From positions 208,816,001 to 208,880,000 of the forward strand of contig OZ024743.1 in NCBI GenBank assembly GCA_964016885.1: DNA of 64,000 nucleotides, given 5' to 3'. This document shows positions 45,151 through 57,600 of the stretch, piece by piece. Each line of letters starts with the position of its first letter. Within the stretch, counting starts at the first letter, position 1. Source of the stretch: Eledone cirrhosa (Eukaryota). The position numbers and the translations under genes were made by a program. The notes beneath the pieces were generated by a model, which saw only the letters and a program-made list of their open reading frames with translations, made no database searches and was not told the origin of the DNA.

Positions 45151-48100
45151 ATAGCCAGATGAAAGCTCTTCACTCCATAAGATATACCACAGTTTACCAT
45201 CCTATAGCCACGCATGAAAGCTCTTCACTCCATAAGATATACCACAGTTTACCATCCTATAGCCACACATGAAATCTCTTCACTCCATAAGATATACCAC
45301 AGTTTACCATTCTATAGCCACAGATGAAAGCTCTTCACTCCATAAGATATACCACAGTTTACGATCGTATAGCCACAGATGAAAGCTCTTCACTCCATAA
45401 CATATACCACAGTTTACCATCCAATAGCCACACATGAGAGCTCTTCACTCCATACGATATACCACAGTTTAACATCCTATCGCCACAGATGAAAGCTCTT
45501 CACTCCATAAGATATACCACAGTTTACCATCCTATAGCCAGATGAAAGCTCTTCACTCCATAAGATATACCACAGTTTACCATCCTATAGCCACAAATGA
45601 AAGCTCTTCACTCCATAAGATATACCACAGTTTACCATCCTATAGCCACGCCACGGATGAAAGCTCTTCACTCCATAAGATATACCACAGTTTACCATCC
45701 TATAGCCACAGATGAAAGCTCTTCACTCCATAAGATATACCACAGTTTACCATCCTATAGTCACACATGAAAGCTCTTCACTCCTTAAGATATACCACAG
45801 TTTACCATCCTATAGCCACAGATGAAAGCTGTTCACTCCATAAGATATACCACAATTTACCATCCTATAGCCACACATGAAAGCTCTTCACTCCATAAGA
45901 TATACCACAGTTTACCATCCTATAGCCACACATGGAAGCTCTTCACTCCATGAGATATACCACAGTTTACCATCCTATAGCCACACATGAAAGCTCTTCA
46001 CTCCATAAGATATACCACAGTTTACCATCCTATAGCCAGATGAAAACTCTTCACTCCATAAGATATACCACAGTTTACCATCCTATAGCCACACATGAAA
46101 GCTCTTCACTCCATAAGATATACCACAGTTTACCATCCTATGGCCACATATGAAAGCTCTTCACTCAATAAGATATACCACTGATTACCATACTATAGCC
46201 ACAAATGAAAGCTCTTCACTCCATAAGATATACCAAAGTTTACCGTCCTATAGCCAGATGAAAGTTCTTCACTCCATAAGATATACCACAGTTTACCATC
46301 CTATAGCCAGATGAAAGCTCTTCACTCCATAAGATATACCTCAGTTTACCATCCTATAGCCACACATGAAAGCTCTTCACTCCATAAGATATAACACAGT
46401 TTACCATCCTATAGCCACAGATGAAAGTTCTTCACTCCATAAGATATACCACAGTTTACCATCCTATAGCCACAGATGAAAGCTCTTCACTCCATAAGAT
46501 ATACCACAGTTTACCATCCTATAGCCACACATGAGAGCTCTTCACTCCATAAGATATACCGCAGTTTACCATCCTATAGCCATACATGAAAGCTCTTCAC
46601 TCCATAAGATATACCACAGTTTACCATCCTATAGCCACAGATGAAAGCTCTTCACTCCATAAGATATACCACAGTTTACCATCCTATAGCCACACATGAG
46701 AGCTCTTCACAGCATAAGATATACCACAGTTTACCATCCTATAGCCACACATGAAAGCTCTTCACTCCATCAGATATACCACAGTTTACCATCCTATAGC
46801 CACAGATGAAAGCTCTTCACTCCATAAGATATACCACAGTTTACCATCCTATAGCCACACATGAAAGCTCTTCACTCCATAAGATATACCACAGTTTACC
46901 ATCCTATAGCCAGATGAAAGTTCTTCACTCCATAAGATATACCACAGTTTACCATCCTATAGCCACGCATGAAAGCTCTTCACTCCATAAGATATACCAC
47001 AGTTTACCATCCTATAGCCACAGATGAAAGCTCTTCACTCCATAAGATAAACCACAGTTTACCATCCTATAGACACACATGAGAGCTCTTCACTCCATAA
47101 CATATACCACAGTTTACCATCCTATAGACACACATGACAGCTCTTCACTCCATAAGATATACCACAGTTTACCATCCTATAGCCACACATGAGAGCTCTT
47201 CACTCCATAAGATATACCACAGTTTACCATCCTATAGCCACACATGAAAGCTCTTCACTCCATAAGATATACCACAGTTTCCAGTCCTATAGCCACAGAT
47301 GAAAGCTCTTCACTCCATAAGATATACCACAGATTACCATCCTATAGCCACACATGAAAGCTCTTCACTCCATAAGATATACCACAGTTTACCATCCTAT
47401 AGCCACAGATGAAAGCTCTTAACTCCATAAGATATACCACAGTTTACCATCCTATAGCCAGATGAAAGCTCTTCACTCCATAAGATATACCACAGTTTAC
47501 CATCCTATAGCCACGCATGAAAGCTCTTCACTCCATAAGATATACCACAGTTTACCATCCTATAGCCACACATGAAATCTCTTCACTCCATAAGATATAC
47601 CACAGTTTATCATCCTATAGCCACAGATGAAAGCTCTTCACTCCATAAGATATACCACAGTTTACGATCATATAGCCACAGATGAGAGCTCTCCACTCCA
47701 TAACATATACCACAGTTTACCATCCTATAGCCACACATGAGAGCTCTTCACTCCATAAGATATACCACAGCTTACCATCCTATAGCCACACATGAAAGCT
47801 CTTCACTCCATAAGATATACCACAGTTTACCATCCTATAGCCAGATGAAAGCTTTTCACTCCATAAGATATACCACAGTTTACCATCCTATAGCCACACA
47901 TGAAAGATCTTCACTCCATAAGATATACCACAGTTCACCATCCTATAGCCACACATGAAACTCTTCACTCCATAAGATATACCACAGTTTACCATCCTAT
48001 GGCCACAGATGAAAGCTCTTCACTCCATAAGATATACCACAGTTTACCATCCTATAGCCACACATGAAAGCTCTTCACTCCATAAGATATAACACAGTTT

Positions 48101-48938
48101 TCCATCCTATAGCCACACATGAAAGCTCTTCACTCCATAAGAAATACCACAGTTTACCATCCTATGGCTAGAGATGAAAGCTCTTCACTCTATAGGATAC
48201 ACCACAGTTTAACATCCTATAGCCACACATGAAAGCTCTTCACTCCATAAGTTATACCACAGTTTACCATCCTATAGCCACACATGAAAGCTCTTCACTC
48301 CATGAGATATACCACAGTTTAACATCCTATCGCCACAGATGAAAGCTCTTCACTCCATAAGATATACCAGAGTTTACCATCCCATAGCCAGATGAAAGCT
48401 CTTCACTCCATAAGATATACCACAGTTTACCATCCTATAGTCACACATGAAAGCTCTTCACTCCTTAAGATATACCACAGTTTACCATCCTATAGCCAGA
48501 TGAAAGCTCTTCACTCCATAAGATATACCACAGTTTACCATCCTATAGCCACAGATGAAAGCTCTTCACTCCTAAAAGATATACCACAGTTTAACATCCT
48601 ATAGCCACAGATGAAAGCTCTTCACTCCATAAGATATACCACAATTTACCATCCTATAGCCACACATGAAAGCTCTTCACTCCATAAGATATACCACAGT
48701 TTACCATCCTATAGCCACACATGGATGCTCTTCACTCCATGAGATATACCAAAGTTTACCATCCTATAGCCACACATGAAAGCACTTCACCCCATAAGAT
48801 ATACCACAGTTTACCATCCTATAGCCAGATGAAAGATCTTCACTCCATAAGATATACCACAGTTTACCATCCTATAGCCACAAATGAAAGCTCTTCACTC
48901 CATAAGATATACCAAAGTTTACCATCCTATAGCCACAC

Positions 48939-51900
48939 ATGAAAGCTCTTCACTCCATAAGATATACCACAGTTTACCATCCTATAGCCACAGATGAAAG
49001 CTCTTCACTCCATAAGATATACCACAGTTTACCATCCTATAGCCAGATGAAAGCTCTTCACTCCATAAGATATACCACAGTTTACCATCCTATAGCCACG
49101 CATGAAAGCTCTTCACTCCATAAGATATACCAGTTTACCATCCTATAGCCACACATGAAATCTCTTCACTCCATAAGATATACCACAGTTTACCATCCTA
49201 TAGCCACAGATGAAAGCTCTTCACTCCATAAGATATACCACAGTTTACGATCCTATAGCCACAGATGAAAGCTCTCCACTCCATAACATATACCACAGTT
49301 TACCATCCTATAGCCACACATGAGAGCTCTTCACTCCATAAGATATACCACAGCTTACCATCCTATAGCCACACATGAAAGCTCTTCACTCCATAAGATA
49401 TACCCCATTTTACCATCCTATAGCCAGATGAAGGCTTTTCACTCCATAAGATATACCACAGTTTACCATCCTATAGCCACACATGAAAGATCTTCACTCC
49501 ATAAGATATACCACAGTTCACCATCCTATAGCCACACATGAAAGCTCTTCACTCCATAAGATATACCACAGTTTACCATCCTATGGCCACAGATGAAAGC
49601 TCTTCACTCCATAAGATATACCACAGTTTACCATCCTATAGCCACACATGAAAGCTCTTCACTCCATAAGATATAACACAGTTTTCCATCCTATAGCCAC
49701 ACATGAAAGCTCATCACTCCATAAGATATACCACAGTTTACCATCCTATGGCTAGAGATGAAACCTCTTCACTCTATAGGATATACCACAGTTTACCATC
49801 CTATAGCCACACATGAAAGCTCTTCACTCCATAAGTTATACCACAGTTTACCATCCTATAGCCACACATGAGAGCTCTTCACTCCATAAGATATACCACA
49901 GTTTACCATCCTATAGCCACACATGAAAGCTCTTCACTCCATGAGATATACCACAGTTTAACATCCTATCGCCACAGATGAAAGCTCTTCACTCCATAAG
50001 ATATACCACAGTTTACCATCCTATAGCCAGATGAAAGCTCTTCACTCCATAAGATATACCACAGTTTACCATCCTATAGCCACAGATGAAAGCTCTTCAC
50101 TCCATAAGATATACCACAGTTTACCATCCTATAGTCACACATGAAAGCTCTTCACTCCTTAAGATATACCACAGTTTACCATCCTATAGCCAGATGAAAG
50201 CTCTTCACTCCATAAGATATACCACAGTTTACCATCCTATAGCCACAGATGAAAGCTCTTCACTCCATAAGATATACCACAGTTTAACATCCTATAGCCA
50301 CAGATGAAAGCTGTTCACTCCATAAAATATACCACAATTTACCATCCTATAGCCACACATGAAAGCTCTTCACTCCATAAGATATACCACAGTTTACTAT
50401 CCTATAGCCACACATGGAAGCTCTTCACTCCATGAGATATACCACAGTTTACCATCCTATAGCCACACATGAAAGCACTTCACCCCATAAGATATATCAC
50501 AATTTACCATCCTATAGTCAGATGAAAGATCTTCACTCCATAAGATATACCACAGTTTACCATCCTATAGCCACAAATGAAAGCTCTTCAATCCATAAGA
50601 TATACCAAAGTTTACCATCCTATAGCCAGATGAAAGCTCTTCACTCCATAAGATATACCACAGTTTACCATCCTATAGCCAGATGAAAGTTCTTCACTCC
50701 ATAAGATATACCATAGTTTACCATCCTATAGCCAGATGAAAGCTCTTCACTCCATAAGATATACCACAGTTTACCATCCTATAGCCACACATGAAAGCTC
50801 TTCACTCCATAAGATATACCAGAGTTTACCATCCTATAGCCAGATGAAAGTTCTTCACTCCATAGGATATACCACAGTCAACCATCCTATAGCCACACAT
50901 GAAAGCTCTTCACTCCATAAGATATACCATAGTTTACCATCCTATAGCCACAGATGAAAGCTCTTCACTCCATAAGATATACCACAGTTTACCATCCTAT
51001 AGCCAGATGAAAGCTCTTCACTCCATAAGATATACCACAATTTACCATCCTATAGCCACGCATGAAAGCTCTTCACTCCATAAGATATACCACAGTTTAC
51101 CATCCTATAGCCACACATGAAATTTCTTCACTCCATAAGATATACCACAGTTTACCATTCTATAGCCTCAGATGAAAGCTCTTCACTCCATAAGATATAC
51201 CACAGTTTACCATCCTATAGCCAGATGAAAGCTCTTCACTCCATAAGATATACCACAGTTTACCATCCTATAGCCACACATGAAAGCTCTTCACTCCATA
51301 AGATATACCACAGTTTACCATCCTATGGCCACACATGAAAGCTCTTCACTCCATAAGATATAACACAGTTTACCATCCTATAGCCACAGATGAAAGTTCT
51401 TCACTCCATAAGATATACCAAAGTTTACCGTCCTATAGCCAGATGAAAGTTCTTCACTCCATAAAATATACCACAGTTTACCATCCTATAGCCAGATGAA
51501 AGCTCTTCACTCCATAAGATATACCACAGTTTACCATCCTATAGCCACACATGTAAGCTCTTCACTCCATAAGATATAACACAGTTTACCATCCTATAGC
51601 CACAGATGAAAGTTCTTCACTCCATAAGATATACCACAGTTTACCATCCTATAGCCACAGATGAAAGCTCTTCACTCCATAAGATATACCACAGTTTACC
51701 ATCCTATAGCCACACATGAGAACTCTTCACTCCATAAGATATACCGCAGTTTACCATCCTATAGCCATACATGAAAGCTCTTCACTCCATAAGATATACC
51801 ACAGTTTACCATCCTATAGCCACAGATGAAAGCTCTTCACTCCATAAGATATACCACAGTTTACCATCCTATAGCCAGATGAAAGCTCTTCACTCCATAA

Positions 51901-54650
51901 GATATACCACAGTTTACCATCCTATAGCCACGCATGAAAGCTCTTCACTCCATAAGATATACCAGTTTACCATCCTATAGCCACACATGAAATCTCTTCA
52001 CTCCATAAGATATACCACAGTTTACCATCCTATAGCCACAGATGAAAGCTCTTCACTCCATAAGATATACCACAGTTTACGATCCTATAGCCACAGATGA
52101 AAGCTCTCCACTCCATAACATATACCACAGTTTACCATCCTATAGCCACACATGAGAGCTCTTCACTCCATAAGATATACCACAGCTTACCATCCTATAG
52201 CCACACATGAAAGCTCTTCACTCCATAAGATATACCCCATTTTACCATCCTATAGCCAGATGAAGGCTTTTCACTCCATAAGATATACCACAGTTTACCA
52301 TCCTATAGCCACACATGAAAGATCTTCACTCCATAAGATATACCACAGTTCACCATCCTATAGCCACACATGAAAGCTCTTCACTCCATAAGATATACCA
52401 CAGTTTACCATCCTATGGCCACAGATGAAAGCTCTTCACTCCATAAGATATACCACAGTTTACCATCCTATAGCCACACATGAAAGCTCTTCACTCCATA
52501 AGATATAACACAGTTTTCCATCCTATAGCCACACATGAAAGCTCATCACTCCATAAGATATACCACAGTTTACCATCCTATGGCTAGAGATGAAACCTCT
52601 TCACTCTATAGGATATACCACAGTTTACCATCCTATAGCCACACATGAAAGCTCTTCACTCCATAAGTTATACCACAGTTTACCATCCTATAGCCACACA
52701 TGAGAGCTCTTCACTCCATAAGATATACCACAGTTTACCATCCTATAGCCACACATGAAAGCTCTTCACTCCATGAGATATACCACAGTTTAACATCCTA
52801 TCGCCACAGATGAAAGCTCTTCACTCCATAAGATATACCACAGTTTACCATCCTATAGCCAGATGAAAGCTCTTCACTCCATAAGATATACCACAGTTTA
52901 CCATCCTATAGCCACAGATGAAAGCTCTTCACTCCATAAGATATACCACAGTTTACCATCCTATAGTCACACATGAAAGCTCTTCACTCCTTAAGATATA
53001 CCACAGTTTACCATCCTATAGCCAGATGAAAGCTCTTCACTCCATAAGATATACCACAGTTTACCATCCTATAGCCACAGATGAAAGCTCTTCACTCCAT
53101 AAGATATACCACAGTTTAACATCCTATAGCCACAGATGAAAGCTGTTCACTCCATAAAATATACCACAATTTACCATCCTATAGCCACACATGAAAGCTC
53201 TTCACTCCATAAGATATACCACAGTTTACTATCCTATAGCCACACATGGAAGCTCTTCACTCCATGAGATATACCACAGTTTACCATCCTATAGCCACAC
53301 ATGAAAGCACTTCACCCCATAAGATATATCACAATTTACCATCCTATAGTCAGATGAAAGATCTTCACTCCATAAGATATACCACAGTTTACCATCCTAT
53401 AGCCACAAATGAAAGCTCTTCAATCCATAAGATATACCAAAGTTTACCATCCTATAGCCAGATGAAAGCTCTTCACTCCATAAGATATACCACAGTTTAC
53501 CATCCTATAGCCAGATGAAAGTTCTTCACTCCATAAGATATACCATAGTTTACCATCCTATAGCCAGATGAAAGCTCTTCACTCCATAAGATATACCACA
53601 GTTTACCATCCTATAGCCACACATGAAAGCTCTTCACTCCATAAGATATACCAGAGTTTACCATCCTATAGCCAGATGAAAGTTCTTCACTCCATAGGAT
53701 ATACCACAGTCAACCATCCTATAGCCACACATGAAAGCTCTTCACTCCATAAGATATACCATAGTTTACCATCCTATAGCCACAGATGAAAGCTCTTCAC
53801 TCCATAAGATATACCACAGTTTACCATCCTATAGCCAGATGAAAGCTCTTCACTCCATAAGATATACCACAATTTACCATCCTATAGCCACGCATGAAAG
53901 CTCTTCACTCCATAAGATATACCACAGTTTACCATCCTATAGCCACACATGAAATTTCTTCACTCCATAAGATATACCACAGTTTACCATTCTATAGCCT
54001 CAGATGAAAGCTCTTCACTCCATAAGATATACCACAGTTTACCATCCTATAGCCAGATGAAAGCTCTTCACTCCATAAGATATACCACAGTTTACCATCC
54101 TATAGCCACACATGAAAGCTCTTCACTCCATAAGATATACCACAGTTTACCATCCTATGGCCACACATGAAAGCTCTTCACTCCATAAGATATAACACAG
54201 TTTACCATCCTATAGCCACAGATGAAAGTTCTTCACTCCATAAGATATACCAAAGTTTACCGTCCTATAGCCAGATGAAAGTTCTTCACTCCATAAAATA
54301 TACCACAGTTTACCATCCTATAGCCAGATGAAAGCTCTTCACTCCATAAGATATACCACAGTTTACCATCCTATAGCCACACATGTAAGCTCTTCACTCC
54401 ATAAGATATAACACAGTTTACCATCCTATAGCCACAGATGAAAGTTCTTCACTCCATAAGATATACCACAGTTTACCATCCTATAGCCACAGATGAAAGC
54501 TCTTCACTCCATAAGATATACCACAGTTTACCATCCTATAGCCACACATGAGAACTCTTCACTCCATAAGATATACCGCAGTTTACCATCCTATAGCCAT
54601 ACATGAAAGCTCTTCACTCCATAAGATATACCACAGTTTACCATCCTATA
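48939..54650. repeat. Apparently exact tandem duplication, period 2832 bp, junction near 51771
   Basis: Seven ORF pairs with identical translations at offset 2832: 48939/51771, 49320/52152, 50086/52918, 50414/53246, 50736/53568, 50899/53731, 51117/53949. Also GGCTAGAG at 49750/52582 and the AACTCTTC variant at 51721/54553. Confidence 0.94.
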
Positions 54651-57600
54651 GCCACAGATGAAAGCTCTTCACTCCATAAGATATACCACAGTTTACCATC
54701 CTATAGCCACACATGAAAGCTCTTCACTCCATAAGATATACCACAGTTTAGCATCCTATAGCCAGATGAAAGTTCTTCACTCCATAAGATATACCACAGT
54801 TTACCATCCTATAGCCAGATGAAAGTTCTTCACTCCATAATATATACCACAGTCTACCATCCTATAGCCAGATGAAAGCTCTTCACTCCATAAGATATAC
54901 GACAGTTTACCATCCTATAGCCACGTATGAAAGCTCTTCACTCCATAAGATATACCACAGTTTACCATCCTATAGCCACACATGAAAGCTCTTCACTCCA
55001 TAAGATATACACACAGTTTACCATCCTATAGCCACAGATGAAAGCTCTTCACTCCATAAGATATACCACAGTTTACCATCCTATAGACACACATGAGAGC
55101 TCTTCACTCCATAACATATACCACAGTTTACCATCCTATAGACACACACGAGAGCTCTTCACTCCATAAGATATACCACAGTTTACCATCCTATAGCCAC
55201 ACATGAGAGCTCTTCACTCCATAAGATATACCACAGTTTACCATCGTATAGCCACACATGAAAGCTCTTCACTCCATAAGATATACCACAGTTTCCAGTC
55301 CTATAGCCACAGATGAAAGCTCTTCACTCCATAAAATATACCACAGTTTACCATCCTATAGCCACACATGAAAGCTCTTCACTCCATAAGATATACCACA
55401 GTTTACCATCCTATAGCCACAGATGAAAGCTCTTCACTCCATAAGATATACCACAGTTTACCATCCTATAGCCAGATGAAAGCTCTTCACTCCATAAGAT
55501 ATACCACAGTTTACCATCCTATAGCCACGCATGAAAGCTCTTCACTCCATAAGATATACCACAGTTTACCATCCTATAGCCACACATGAAATCTCTTCAC
55601 TCCATAAGATATACCACAGTTTACCATCCTATAGCCACAGATGAAAGCTCTTCACTCCATAAGATATACCACAGTTTACGATCCTATAGCCACAGATAAA
55701 AGCTCTTCACTCCATATCATATACCACATCTTACCATCCTATAGCCACACATGAGAGCTCTTCACTCCATAAGATATACCACAGCTTACCATCCTATAGC
55801 CACACATGAAAGCTCTTCACTCCATAAGATATACCACAGTTTACCATCCTATAGCCAGATGAAAGCTTTTCACTCCATAAGATATACCACAGTTTACCAT
55901 CCTATAGCCACACATGAAAGATCTTCACTCCATAAGATATACCACAGTTCACCATCCTATAGCCACACATGAAAGCTCTTCACTCCATAAGATATACCAC
56001 AGTTTACCATCCTATAGCCACAGATGAAAGCTCTTCACTCCATAAGATATACCTCCGTTTACCATCCTATAGTCACACATGAAAGCTCTTAACTCCATAA
56101 GATATACCACAGTTTACCATCCTATGGCCACAGATGAAAGCTCTTCACACCATAAGATATACCACAGTTTACCATCCTATAGCCACAGATGAAAGCTGTT
56201 CATTCCATAAAATATACCACAATTTACCATCCTATAGCCACACATGAAAGCTCTTCACTCCATAAGATATACCACAGTTTACCATCCTATAGCCACACAT
56301 GGAAGCTCTTCACTCCATGAGATATACCACAGTTTACCATCCTATAGCCACACATGAAAGCACTTCACCCCATAAGATATACCACAGTTTACCATCCTAT
56401 AGCCAGATGAAAGATCTTCACTCCATAAGATATACCACAGTTTACCATCCTATAGCCACAAATGAAAGCTCTTCAATCCATAAGATATACCAAAGTTTAC
56501 CATCTTATAGCCAGATGAAAGCTCTTCACTCCATAAGATATACCACAGTTTACCATCCTATAGCCAGGTGAAAGTTATTCACTCCATAAGATATACCATA
56601 GTTTACCATCCTATAGCCAGATGAAAGTTCTTCACTCCATAAGATATACCACAGTCAACCATCCTATAGCCACACATGAAAGCTCTTCACTCCATAAGAT
56701 ATACCACAGTTTACCATCCTATAGCCACAGATGAAAGCTCTTCACTCCATAAGATATACCACAGTTTACCATCCTATAGCCAGATGAAAGCTCTTTACTC
56801 CATAAGATATACCACAATTTACCATCCTATAGCCACGCATGAAAGCTCTTCACTCCATAAGATATACCACAGTTTACCATCCTATAGCCACACATGAAAT
56901 TTCTTCACTCCATATGATATACCACAGTTTACCATTCTATAGCCTCAGATGAAAGCTCTTCACTCCATAAGATATACCACAGTTTACGATCCTATAGCCA
57001 CAGATGAAAGCTCTTCACTCCATAACATATACCACAGTTTACCATCCTATAGCCACACATGAGAGCTCTTCACTCCATAAGATATACCACAGTTTACGAT
57101 CCTATAGCCACACATGAAAGCTCTTCACTCCATAAGATATACCACAGTTTACCATCCTATAGCCACACATGGAAGCTCTTCACTCCATGAGATATACCAC
57201 AGTTTACCATCCTATAGCCACACATGAGAGCTCTTCACTCCATAAGATATACCGCAGTTTACCATCCTATAGCCATACATGAAAGCTCTTCACTCCATAA
57301 GATATACCACAGTTTACCATCCTATAGCCACAGATGAAAGCTCTTCACTCCATAAGATATACCACAGTTTACCATCCTATAGCCACACATGAAAGCTCTT
57401 CACTCCATAAGATATACCACAGTTTAGCATCCTATAGCCAGATGAAAGTTCTTCACTCCATAAGATATACCACAGTTTACCATCCTATAGCCACACATGA
57501 AAGCTCTTCACTCCATAAGATATACCACAGTTTACCATCCTATAGCCAGATGAAAGTTCTTCACTCCATAATATATACCACAGTCTACCATCCTATAGCC

